DNA of 64,000 nt from Candidatus Kaiserbacteria bacterium (GTDB lineage Bacteria > Patescibacteriota > Minisyncoccia > Phycocordibacterales > UBA2100): assembly GCA_963767115.1 (NCBI GenBank), contig CAVYCR010000012.1, forward strand, positions 16,598 to 80,597, written 5' to 3'. Below, piece after piece: positions 9,827-18,301 of this stretch (within the stretch, counting starts at the first letter, position 1; each line of letters begins with the position of its first letter). The notes below the pieces were generated by a model. The model was not told the DNA's origin, did no database searches, and saw only the letters and a list, made by a program, of their open reading frames with translations. A program made the translations under genes and the position numbers.

Positions 9827-10147
9827 ATGAGCCGTCGTACCAACCAATTTGGTGAGCAAATCGCGCATCTTGCTGCCGACTTTTTCGCACGCGAGAGCAA
9901 TGGCACGTCTTTGATTACGGTCACCCATGCCGATATTTCGCCCGATCTCCGCAATGTTAGGATATTCTTCTCCGTGATACCCGAGAGTTACGAAGAATCC
10001 GCGCTTCATTTCGCCCGGCGCAGCCGCACCGACTTCCGCGAATACCTTAAGCATCACGCCCGCATGCAATACCTCCCCAACGTCGATTTCGAAATCGATT
10101 ACGGCGAGAAAAACCGCCAGCGCGTGGATGAGCTTACCAGAAAATAA
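9827..10147 (+). CDS. rbfA: ribosome-binding factor A
   Basis: 106 aa directly after infB. RbfA-like sequence (…ITVTHADISPDLRNVRIFFSV…FEIDYGEKN…). Confidence 0.8.
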   Translation: MSRRTNQFGEQIAHLAADFFARESNGTSLITVTHADISPDLRNVRIFFSVIPESYEESALHFARRSRTDFREYLKHHARMQYLPNVDFEIDYGEKNRQRVDELTRK

Positions 10148-10264
10148 GAGCGGATTGTCTTTTGTAGACAACCCGCCTTGTTGGAATTCCTCAATCGACT
10201 GATTCGCTCAATACCGTTCTTGAATGTCCAATTTGAGGTACCCCGTGTCATTGGATGTTAGATG

Positions 10265-10609
10265 TTATACGATGGCGAGATTGGCGACACCTACTTTGTA
10301 AATGTCCGAAAACGGGGACGGTACAGCCCCCTTTAAAGACTCAGCTGATTGCGTGGCGCGCGACCACATCGTTTCGTATTCCTCATCAACTTCCTGATTC
10401 AGGATCGCGTCAACTTGCTGCGGTCGAAAGCCTTTTTGAAGTTTCTTGGCAGCCTCAAGGTATCCGATCACAGCTTCCTGAAGCTCAGCCTCGACAACGC
10501 GCGGGTCGTCCCCTTCGACGACGATGTTGAATTCCAAGGCAACGCCGAACCACGCATCATCTTCCCTGAAAATCATCCACCGATATGTCCCGGACGAGGT
10601 AGTGTTCAT
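10265..10609 (-). CDS. HicB-like / UPF0150-fold small protein (tentative)
   Basis: Start at ATG 10609 (MNTTSSGTYRWMIFREDDAWFGVALEFNIVVEGDDPRVVEAELQEAVIGYLE…). The 'W.a.…l.…v.G.…eeA.…l.eai…l' pattern is typical of HicB-type antitoxin N-domains. Confidence 0.4.
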   Translation of the reverse strand: MNTTSSGTYRWMIFREDDAWFGVALEFNIVVEGDDPRVVEAELQEAVIGYLEAAKKLQKGFRPQQVDAILNQEVDEEYETMWSRATQSAESLKGAVPSPFSDIYKVGVANLAIV

Positions 10610-10692
10610 AAAAGTCACTGTATCATTTGAAATACTGACTGACAAACGATGATCCCGCGATGAAAATCGGAGTGACACGTCTCTATAATAAA

Positions 10693-11259
10693 CTAACTAG
10701 AAGGTATTGAACGACCTTCGATATATCTATTTTCGATCTGGTTAACCAATTCTGCGTATGGAGTACTACGAATAATCTGAAACCCTTTCTCCTCAAACGA
10801 TTTAAAACTTTCAGGAAGAATGTTAATGAGTCGGACAGCGTAATCGCTTTCCGGGAAGTCAGAATGTGTCAGTTTTCCAAGTCTTAGTAAATACCATGCA
10901 GCTATAAATAAGGAGCAGGGGTATTTCTTACTCTTTACGATGTAATCAGTAATCTCCTCTCGCAATTTACCTTCTATCATTAGAGCGAGAACTTGATCGC
11001 ATTGCGGAATAAGTTGAGATTCTCTTATTACAACGCCAGGCTTATGTCCTTGCTCACTAAGCCAAACAATAAAGGAAACATAATCAAAAGACGGATCAGG
11101 AAACGAGTAGTCATCTACCATTACCACGAGAGACTCGTTTGATCCTCGCACATCATTCAATTGTTTGATAGAAAGTTCGTGTTCTTCACTAATCTTAGAA
11201 TTTGTATAGATATGAGCATATTCAATGGAAACATCTTTCATAGAATATTTTTGTTGCAA
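10693..11259 (-). CDS. hypothetical protein in an AT-rich island
   Basis: 188-aa ORF in an uninterrupted frame. Local GC is roughly 35-40% by hand count, against about 60% in neighbours. No family recognised. Confidence 0.5.
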   Translation of the reverse strand: MQQKYSMKDVSIEYAHIYTNSKISEEHELSIKQLNDVRGSNESLVVMVDDYSFPDPSFDYVSFIVWLSEQGHKPGVVIRESQLIPQCDQVLALMIEGKLREEITDYIVKSKKYPCSLFIAAWYLLRLGKLTHSDFPESDYAVRLINILPESFKSFEEKGFQIIRSTPYAELVNQIENRYIEGRSIPSS

Positions 11260-11272
11260 GTTTCCAACTGAT

Positions 11273-12034
11273 TCAAGATGTAGATATTGAATCTTGCTTG
11301 AGTGTCTTCAAGGCCTCTTCAACAGTAGTCATAAACTGCGCGGGGAAAATAATCGTCGAATTCTTCTCGGTGGCGATCTCGGCCATGGTCTGAAGCGTGC
11401 GCAGCTGAAGTGCTACAGGATGCGCAGTGATCACGTCGGCTGCTTCGCCGAGCTTGGTCGCCGCTTGGAACTCCCCTTCTGCCGCGACGATCTTGGCGCG
11501 GCGCTCGCGCTCAGCCTCCGCTTCTTTCGCCATCGCGCGCTGCATGTTGTCGGGCAGTGTGATGTCTTTGATCTCGACCGCGGTCACCTGTGTGCCCCAC
11601 GGCTCGGTGTGCGAATCGATCACGTCCTTGATCTGCTCGTTGATCGTCGAAGTGTCGGAGAGGAGCTGGTCGAGGCTGAAGCGGCCGACGACGTTGCGCA
11701 CCGTCGTCTGGCTGATCTGGTTGATCGCGCTCTGCACATTTTCGATAGCGATCACGGCCTTCTCCGGGTCCATGATGTGATAGTACGCGACCGCCGCGAT
11801 GTCGATCGAGACATTGTCTTTCGTAATGATCTTCTGCGAAGGGATCTGCATGGTAATGGTGCGGAGCGACACACGCGTCATTGTCTGAAAAAGCGGAAAG
11901 ACGAGCGTGAGCCCCGGCCCACGCACGCCGGTAAACTTGCCGAGGGAGAAGACAACGCCGCGCTCGTATTGGCGCAAAACCCTGATCGAACCGAGGATGT
12001 AGAGTGCGACGAGGCCGACGATGATCCATGTCAT
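11273..12034 (-). CDS. SPFH/band-7 (stomatin/prohibitin-like) membrane protein
   Basis: 253 aa. N-terminal TM helix then …[17 protein letters not shown]…GPGL…[15 protein letters not shown]…[12 protein letters not shown]…, the classic SPFH domain. Confidence 0.85.
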   Translation of the reverse strand: MTWIIVGLVALYILGSIRVLRQYERGVVFSLGKFTGVRGPGLTLVFPLFQTMTRVSLRTITMQIPSQKIITKDNVSIDIAAVAYYHIMDPEKAVIAIENVQSAINQISQTTVRNVVGRFSLDQLLSDTSTINEQIKDVIDSHTEPWGTQVTAVEIKDITLPDNMQRAMAKEAEAERERRAKIVAAEGEFQAATKLGEAADVITAHPVALQLRTLQTMAEIATEKNSTIIFPAQFMTTVEEALKTLKQDSISTS

Positions 12035-12078
12035 GAGGCAACTCTAGCACTCCCTACGCGCGATGCAATCACTGATTT

Positions 12079-12289
12079 TTTTGAGGCCACAGTGGGAGTT
12101 CCACGGATAATTTCCTCGCCGTCGCTCGGAAATTTCCGTGGCCGAGCTCGCCGCCCGCGCTACTGCGCGGGACCCCGGCACCACAAGAGTACTTCCATTT
12201 TTCCAATCGGAATACCGCTAAGAAAAATTGGTCGCTGCGCTTTGCAACTCCCACCCTCAAAACTGCGTTTTGAGGCCACAGTGGGAGTT
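12079..12289 (-). repeat. 22-bp direct duplication of the tRNA-Cys 3' end bracketing a 167-bp insert made of tRNA-trailer repeat sequence
   Basis: TTTTGAGGCCACAGTGGGAGTT occurs at 12079-12100 and 12268-12289. The second copy is the 3' end of tRNA-Cys. The insert 12101-12267 carries a minus-oriented unit (…CGCGCAGTAGCGCGGGCGGCGAG-CTCGG-CCACGG…CCGTGG). Confidence 0.8.
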
Positions 12290-12345
12290 GCACCCACCCA
12301 ATAGCGGTTTTGCAGACCGCCGCGTTGCTACTTCGCCATATGGCC
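12273..12345 (-). tRNA. tRNA-Cys (anticodon GCA), non-canonical T-loop
   Basis: Reverse complement: acceptor GGCCATA/TGTGGCC (one G-U), anticodon stem GCGGT/ACCGC, loop CUGCAAA. The T-arm GTGGG-TGCAACT-CCCAC has G rather than U at position 55. Confidence 0.75.
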
Positions 12346-12454
12346 TATGTGCGTGTACTGTATCACAAAACAGCGGTATCATGCGCATGTCCGCCTCCGC
12401 CCCACGGCTTCGGCGTGACGAAGGCAGCCCTCGCTCAAGCTACGGCTTGCCGAA

Positions 12455-12536
12455 GCCGGGATGATGAAACTGGTAGACATAGGGGACTTAAAATCCCCAG
12501 ACGCAAGTCGTGTGGGTTCGATTCCCACTCCCGGCA
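12455..12536 (+). tRNA. tRNA-Leu (anticodon TAA)
   Basis: Acceptor GCCGGGA/TCCCGGC, anticodon stem GGGGA/TCCCC, loop CUUAAAA, long variable arm, T-loop TTCGATT. Confidence 0.85.
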
Positions 12537-12539
12537 CAC

Positions 12540-13190
12540 ATGAGATGGATTTTTCATAGGCGGTCTGTACAGACTGAGAAAAACGGCGCGCTCAGCGTGC
12601 AGACTATTCTCGGGACTACGCGGATCCTCAGCGGCTCTATCGAAAAGAGTGGTCCTGCTCTCACGAAGGTAATTGGGCTTGCTTTGAGAGAAGTCAGGGG
12701 TCGCATCCGACCAAACCCTTCTGTATTATTCATTGGTCTCGGAATGGGAGGTGGCACCTACGAGGTATATAAGCTCTTTGATGGAGCGTGCATCACCGCT
12801 ATCGAGTATGATTCCGATATGATTTCTTTTGCGAAAGAATTCAAGCCGTGGCAGCCGTTTCCCGAGCCCACAATACTCTACCGGGACGCGGCCGCGGTCC
12901 TCAAGGATCTGGCGCGCGGTGCTTTTGACCTCGTCGTAGTAGATATATTTGAACTGACCGAGGCCGACGATTGGAAATCGAGCCGACCCTCTCACCTGCT
13001 ACTCCAAGAAGAATTCATCGCGGATCTCAAGTGCGTGCTCAAACAAGACGGGTTGGTCGTCGTGAATGCTTTCCGCAATCCCGAGTACCTCGCGAATCTC
13101 AGTGATCATTTCCACACTGAGACCAGTCTCATCGGCGAAAATCATATCGGATATTTTTCTCACAAGCCTGAGACTGAATCATTACTATGA
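12540..13190 (+). CDS. spermidine-synthase-like SAM-dependent methyltransferase-fold protein
   Basis: Start at ATG 12540, just after the tRNA. VLFIGLGMGGGTYEV…ITAIEYDSDMISFAKEF…DLVVVD matches the Rossmann motif I/II layout of spermidine-synthase-like enzymes. Confidence 0.5.
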   Translation: MRWIFHRRSVQTEKNGALSVQTILGTTRILSGSIEKSGPALTKVIGLALREVRGRIRPNPSVLFIGLGMGGGTYEVYKLFDGACITAIEYDSDMISFAKEFKPWQPFPEPTILYRDAAAVLKDLARGAFDLVVVDIFELTEADDWKSSRPSHLLLQEEFIADLKCVLKQDGLVVVNAFRNPEYLANLSDHFHTETSLIGENHIGYFSHKPETESLL

Positions 13191-14095
13191 CAGACATCGA
13201 TGCTATGCCTGCAGAGTTACTGCCGCGTGAACTGTGGGGCCCGGCGGGATACCAGGAAGTCGAGATGTTTGCTCCATGGTACATGTTTGCCCGGCGTGTC
13301 GGACCGGAGAAAGAAATAGTGCGAGTCGGACTCTGGCCGGTCTGTAGCGAATGGCATTCGTCTCGGAAAGAACCTCTGAAGAATGCGGCGGGTCATCGAT
13401 GGCCAGGGATGCAGATTGTTTATTGGAACAAATTTGAAGACTCTCCAGCCGAGAAGGGGTGGTCGCGAGTGACGCAGTCTCCTCGCGCCAAGATAGGATA
13501 TGTAATACTCGAAGCAGAAAAGGCATATTATGCGTCATGGTCCCCGCGCATGCGGACTCATAGAAGAAACCAGTGGCTCAAACTTCTGGGCGAAGGAGTA
13601 TACTCGATTGAGACAATCGACAAAGCAAGTTTTGTCAGCGCCTTTAGTACGAGTGATTCGGTCAGGAAGTTTGACGCACGTCATCGGCGCGGATATCGCA
13701 AGCTCCTTGATACATGCACCGGAGATACGGAGTTTTATGTGATGCGACGTTCAGAAGACGGCTCGATAGCCGCAGGCAGGGCCGTCGCATACAACGTACG
13801 ACACAAGACCGCCGAAGCGCTCGTTTATTTTCATAATTTCCGTAAGACGGATCTGCACACGGCAGTAGGTCTGTGGGATCATCTCTATAGAGAAGCAAGC
13901 CAAAAAGGCATTCGCTATATCACTTTTGGAGAATCGTGGATGAAAGGAAGACCGGAGGCGTGGAAGGGATTCTCTGATTTCAAATCAAAGTTCGGTTTGC
14001 GGTACTTCTACCTGCCGAGTACTCTCTGCCGTATCGAGATCACCAACCCATTCCATTCCCTCTTCAAGAAATGTAATACTTATAAAAAAGATTGA
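13187..14095 (+). CDS. FemAB-like / GNAT-fold acyltransferase (tentative)
   Basis: 302 aa, overlapping the upstream gene by 4 nt. The C-terminal …GIRYITFGESW…WKGFSDFKSKFG… resembles the conserved FemAB/Acetyltransf_6 tail (G.…FK.…FG). Confidence 0.4.
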   Translation: MTDIDAMPAELLPRELWGPAGYQEVEMFAPWYMFARRVGPEKEIVRVGLWPVCSEWHSSRKEPLKNAAGHRWPGMQIVYWNKFEDSPAEKGWSRVTQSPRAKIGYVILEAEKAYYASWSPRMRTHRRNQWLKLLGEGVYSIETIDKASFVSAFSTSDSVRKFDARHRRGYRKLLDTCTGDTEFYVMRRSEDGSIAAGRAVAYNVRHKTAEALVYFHNFRKTDLHTAVGLWDHLYREASQKGIRYITFGESWMKGRPEAWKGFSDFKSKFGLRYFYLPSTLCRIEITNPFHSLFKKCNTYKKD

Positions 14096-15290
14096 CGAGT
14101 GCATCTGCTACAGTACGGACCACACGTTCGTCGGTCTCAGCATGTATATCGATGCCGGGTAAGTTGTTGATCTCGAGAACGGCAGAGCGTTGTGTGTACC
14201 ATGCACGTGATATGTCCTCCATAAGGACATCGACTCCGGCGCAATGTATGTCTATGTACTCAGCTATAGACTCAAATAAAGCCTTGTTTTCAGGATGCAT
14301 ATCATGAGTCTGATCGATCGTTTCGGCCCCCAATCGAAGGAAGGGGTATTTTTGCAGTTCAATCCTGTGCCCACGGGAAGGCACGTCTTCGTATTGCATT
14401 CCCGATTCTTTCAATACAGATAGCATCGTTTCATCTTGTGGTATTTTCCAAGTAAGCGAAACGTGGCTCTGAGATGCATGTCGAGAATCGTGAGCGTTCT
14501 TTGCTACGAGCAATTCGTGAATGCTCGATACGCCGTCCCCTACTACATGCGCGGTATCATAGCGCGCGCAGGCGATATATCTCTTGTCGATCAAAGTAAC
14601 ACGATACGCACGGGTCTCAGGTAAATATGTTTCTATGAGAAATCTCGGCTGATACTCGAGCGCCCGCGAGACCGCTTCTCTCAACTGCGCAACTGTCTTG
14701 ATAGCGAGCGTGACGTGGCGTCCGTACGTCCCGGCGTCAGGCTTCACTACGAGTGGAAAACCAAATTGCACTGGTACTTCTCTGAGAGCTCGTTCTTTTT
14801 GCCAGAACCAATAAGCCTTCCCAGCAGCAACAGGAAATCCACCCGTCGCCAAATACTTTTTTATCGTATGCTTGCGCGCGACAAGCGCCGCCTTCGGTCC
14901 GTCGAGAAATCCCGCCGTCGGGTAGGCTTCGCAATAATATATGCGGCCCTTCCAATACAACACGACATGTTCGGTATATCTATTTCTTATCATTAGTATT
15001 TTGCAACGTAAACCTCTCTCCCGAGCAGTCTGTACAAAAAAACGTGTACGTGGTTCCAGTCGATTCAAGTCTTGTTCATCGTTCAAATCTCCACAACGAA
15101 GCATGACGACAGCACGTATGAGAAATATCGCCACGGCATTTTCTAACCAATATGGGATATGCCGGCCTCGAGGTATACAATAACTAACCAGAGAATCGAT
15201 CCATGTGATGATATGAATCGAACGAGATGCTTCGCAATCAGAGCAAATGGTATCGGAGGCCATATACGCCATTATAAGCGTACCTCTCAA
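14064..15290 (-). CDS. ATP-grasp ligase (cyanophycin-synthetase-N/RimK-like)
   Basis: 408 aa. FGFPLVVKPDAGTYGRHV…RFLIETYLPETRAYRVTLID…HVVGDG…AGVDVLMEDI…AVLEINNLPGI is the typical ATP-grasp core. Confidence 0.65.
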   Translation of the reverse strand: MRGTLIMAYMASDTICSDCEASRSIHIITWIDSLVSYCIPRGRHIPYWLENAVAIFLIRAVVMLRCGDLNDEQDLNRLEPRTRFFVQTARERGLRCKILMIRNRYTEHVVLYWKGRIYYCEAYPTAGFLDGPKAALVARKHTIKKYLATGGFPVAAGKAYWFWQKERALREVPVQFGFPLVVKPDAGTYGRHVTLAIKTVAQLREAVSRALEYQPRFLIETYLPETRAYRVTLIDKRYIACARYDTAHVVGDGVSSIHELLVAKNAHDSRHASQSHVSLTWKIPQDETMLSVLKESGMQYEDVPSRGHRIELQKYPFLRLGAETIDQTHDMHPENKALFESIAEYIDIHCAGVDVLMEDISRAWYTQRSAVLEINNLPGIDIHAETDERVVRTVADALVNLFYKYYIS

Positions 15291-15344
15291 TCCAAGATAC
15301 TGATCCCCTTATCAAAGAAACAATTTCATGTAAAATGCCTCAAT

Positions 15345-15417
15345 CCGCCCGTAGCTCAGTTGGTAGAGCAGTCGCCTCTTAAGCGAACGGTCGTTGGTTC
15401 GAATCCAACCGGGCGGA
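15345..15417 (+). tRNA. tRNA-Lys (anticodon CTT)
   Basis: Acceptor CCGCCCG/CGGGCGG, D-loop AGCTCAGTTGGTAGAGC, anticodon loop CUCUUAA, T-arm GTTGG-TTCGAAT-CCAAC. Confidence 0.9.
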
Positions 15418-16360
15418 CACTATAGGACTTTGCGAGTAGATTTCCTCATAATCGCTTTGGTTCATGCGGTCTTTTTGAGGTTCGAGCGCTGCGTGAATAT
15501 CGCGTATCGCATCCGCGAGCCTTCGCATGGGCAAAAGCGTTTTCTCCACGTCAATGCCCACTATTCTGTCTTTCAGCGTGAGGTTCGAGCCGATCGCAAG
15601 GAAGATGCGGCGGCGCTTCTCCAAACTGCCATTCTCAAACTCCTCTTTGGCGCGGGTAACGAACTTAAATGCGCTTTCCATGTTGTTTGCCCAGCGCGTG
15701 ATCCGCGCATCCGTATCGTTCAAGAGTCCAAAGCGGCGTTTTTTCTCCTTGAGCCAGTGTTCCTTCTTTTCTCGGTACTCATCCTCGCTCAACTCCTCAC
15801 GAGCCCGCATATCGGAGTATCGGTCGAGCATCTGTACCGCCTCATCGTAGGATTTTTGCTGCGTGGTGCGTATACCCTCGCGCAGGTCGATCTCTTTTGC
15901 GTTTTCGTTCTCCAGCCACTTCATGCCCCATTGGTGGAAACTGTCGGGAAACTCGAACTTCATCAGCTTGTCGGTTATCTGCTCCATCAATTTCGACTCT
16001 TCGATTGAACCCTGCGTGCACGGCCCACTTTTTTTGGTGCAGTGATAGTAGATGTAGCGGTGGACGTTGCCGTTTTTCTGCGTCTTTATTTTCTCCTCGG
16101 CGGTGATCGCCAAGCCACACTCGCCGCATTTCATCGTGCCGATAAAGGCGAACGCGCGGCTTTTTGGCCGAGGTCGTCCGCGCCTGCCGAGCAATGCCTG
16201 CACTCTGTCGTACTCGTCTATCGTTATCATCGGCTCGTGTGCGCCCTGATACCAGTTGCCGCTTCCGCGCGGCCACTCAAACGAGCCGTAGTAAAACGGG
16301 TTGGTGAGCAGGTGGTAGATGTTGCTACGCGCCATCAGTCTCGACTTGCTCCTCTTGTGG
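15379..16360 (-). pseudogene. large serine recombinase, C-terminal two-thirds only (catalytic resolvase domain missing)
   Basis: …RLMARSNIYHLLTNPFYYGSFEWPRGSGNWYQGAHEPMITIDEYDRVQALL…GTMKCGECGLAITAEEK…YIYYHCTKK… gives the recombinase-domain end, zinc ribbon and coiled coil. Upstream of about 16360 the 539-aa ORF is read-through with no resolvase motifs. The last 13 codons are tRNA-Lys sequence. Confidence 0.75.
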
Positions 16361-16384
16361 GGTCGCATCCGGAGCCCCCATTCG

Positions 16385-16606
16385 GCCGCATTCCTCAGTC
16401 GCGACGAGAAAATGCCGTATGTGCGGCTCGCCGCGCGGAAGATCGACGCGCTCAAACTGCTTCTGATGGTTCTCTGGGAAACGAAATCACTCGAGCCGAA
16501 GAAATATGCCGCGCTCTCGGAAAAGATGGACGAAATCGGCAAGATGCTCGGCGGATGGGGCGGACAGCTTAAAAAACAAAACTCCCCCGCCAAAAAAGAT
16601 AATTGA
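16385..16606 (+). pseudogene. four-helix-bundle protein (Avd / 23S-IVS-protein family) C-terminal fragment
   Basis: …RLAARKIDALKLLLMVLWETKSLEPKKYAALSEKMDEIGKMLGGWGGQLKK matches the C-terminal half of CPR-type four-helix-bundle proteins. The N-terminal half is absent, and the fragment lies head-to-head with the truncated recombinase. Confidence 0.5.
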
Positions 16607-16628
16607 CGGAGGAGAAACGGAGAGAGTA

Positions 16629-16763
16629 GCGGAGACGGAACACGATGCGATTGTCGAGCTTCCAGCGATCGTCGGGATTTGTCCAATCGTTGTTGAGCCA
16701 CAACTTGCCGTCGTCGTTGCGCTTCACATCGAAGACGTTCGGGTTGCCATCGGAGTCGGGATT
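16629..16763 (-). repeat. DGR template repeat (TR)
   Basis: 135-nt repeat of 17107-17241. It holds 34 adenines (minus strand), 17 of which are substituted in the other copy. No other position differs. In the VR frame it translates to an Asn/Asp/Lys-rich peptide. Confidence 0.85.
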
Positions 16764-17061
16764 GTGCGCCGCGCCATCTATGCCACTGCCCGTCGAATAC
16801 TCTCAGGGCTGAATCTAATTCGGGATCTAAAATCCACCAGCGCAACGCACCAAGTATCTTCGTTTTTTGAAGTTTCTGCATACACCACGCCGTTTCAAAC
16901 CGTAATCGGAAACGTTCCGGATGTATGGATACTGGTTTCGGCAGCGGGAAACCGTAATCGCCCGCATATTCGCCTACTACCGCTCCTAAGTGTATCAAAA
17001 AGAATGAGCCCTCGGCGCGAGATGCGTCGAGGACTCGAATGCAAGGGCAAAGCCCAAAGGA

Positions 17062-17790
17062 TCAAGTGCAGTGCAAGGGTAAAACAGCCGAAGCCGAGGA
17101 TACCTTGCGGAGACGGAACACGACGCGATAGTCGAGCCCCCAGCGACCGTCGGGACTCGTCCAACCGTCGTAGAGCCACAACCTGCCGTCGTCGTTGCGC
17201 TCCACAGCGAAGACGTACGGGTGGCCAACGGAGTCGGGAATCCGTTCCATCGCAATCCACAGGACTTCGCCTTTCGGCTGATCCTTGTATTGGATTGCGA
17301 GATGCGGGCCGGTCTCAGCGGGACAGAGATCGAGGACGTGGCCGTCGAGGTTCGCTTCGCTCCACGCCGTGAGGCGCTTCACGTCGAAAAGCTCGGTGGT
17401 CGTCGGGTTCTCGGTGAAGCCGAGATCCGCCGGGCACAGGTCGATCAGCGTGATCATCTCCGGCTCGGCGAGCGTGGTGAACAGCTTGTGGTTCATCATG
17501 CTTTTGGCGTAGCCGCTGATTTCGCGGGTTGCCGTTCCGAGCTGCACGATGAGATCGTCCTTCGACACGCCGCCGATCAAGATCGGCATCGTGCGGATGA
17601 AACGACCGCGCAAGCCACTCGCAAATGGGGTGAGCTTGCCTTCGGTCATGCCCTGCAGAGTAGCGATGACACGCTCAGGATCGAGCGCGGTATCGTTCTG
17701 TAGGAAAACCTGTCGCTGCAACTCAGCGATTCTCTTTGAGATCCGGTGAGCTTGGTCGCGGTCAACAACGAACCTTTCGGTCGTCGCCAT
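17062..17790 (-). CDS. DGR target (variable) protein, no signal peptide
   Basis: Start at ATG 17790 (MATTERF…, RBS GGAGG). The C-terminal roughly 45 aa are encoded by the VR. The …NRIVFRLR ending is reminiscent of the conserved end of C-type-lectin-fold VRs; the fold assignment is an inference. Confidence 0.7.
   Translation of the reverse strand: MATTERFVVDRDQAHRISKRIAELQRQVFLQNDTALDPERVIATLQGMTEGKLTPFASGLRGRFIRTMPILIGGVSKDDLIVQLGTATREISGYAKSMMNHKLFTTLAEPEMITLIDLCPADLGFTENPTTTELFDVKRLTAWSEANLDGHVLDLCPAETGPHLAIQYKDQPKGEVLWIAMERIPDSVGHPYVFAVERNDDGRLWLYDGWTSPDGRWGLDYRVVFRLRKVSSASAVLPLHCT
17107..17241 (-). repeat. DGR variable repeat (VR) at the 3' end of CDS 17062..17790
   Basis: In frame with the target CDS (…IPDSVGHPYVFAVERNDDGRLWLYDGWTSPDGRWGLDYRVVFRLR). 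It differs from the TR only at TR adenines (A>G x10, A>T x5, A>C x2). Confidence 0.85.
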
Positions 17791-17953
17791 AACAACCTCC
17801 ACTATGATTGCTGCTGCGAAATCGCACTTAGGCATCGCGTTTGCTTTGCCGCAGCGGAAAGAAGCTCTAACAGAGCCGCTTTCAGCTGTGGCAAATGTCT
17901 AAACCGCTGTGTGAAAGATCGAATCACGATTATACATTTGTGCGGACTCCGTG

Positions 17954-18301
17954 TCAACTTGCTGCGGTAATGTGTCCGGCCTCAAGCATCCCCTTAAACC
18001 TTCGACTTCGATATTCCAGTCCAAGGCACTTCCTGCAGCCGATTGCACCCGTGAACGGATGCACAAAAAGCGTTCCGGCGCGGTGAGCGCCGAGCGGACA
18101 CTTGAACCAATATCGAGTACCGCCGAATTGTGTCTTTGAGGGCATCAGCTCGATTGTTAGATTGTAGAGCGCGATCTCTGTCGCGATCAGTTCCTTTTTC
18201 AGCCTCGCTTTTGCTTTGCGGAGATACGCAGAGATCGAGACGCGCTGACAGTCCTCCACCAAAATTGGTGTTCCTGAATCGTATGGGCGTGATACTTTCA
18301 C
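17954..18301 (-). CDS. hypothetical protein with putative zinc ribbon
   Basis: 115 aa. …RYWFKCPLG…GCRKCLGLEY gives a C-x-n-C…C-x2-C arrangement. The start overlaps the stop of the upstream gene by 4 nt. Lies inside the tRNA-Lys island. Confidence 0.4.
   Translation of the reverse strand: MKVSRPYDSGTPILVEDCQRVSISAYLRKAKARLKKELIATEIALYNLTIELMPSKTQFGGTRYWFKCPLGAHRAGTLFVHPFTGAIGCRKCLGLEYRSRRFKGMLEAGHITAAS

Noticed and set aside
11294-12304. 336-aa plus-strand ORF
   Set aside because: It is antisense to the SPFH/band-7 gene and continues through the tRNA-Cys repeat region. It is an artefact of high GC.
15379-16998. 539-aa ORF that could be read as an intact large recombinase
   Set aside because: Only the C-terminal roughly 320 aa look like a serine recombinase. 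The N-terminal roughly 220 aa are Arg/Ser-rich read-through crossing the DGR template repeat and the antisense of the four-helix-bundle fragment. They contain no resolvase catalytic motifs.
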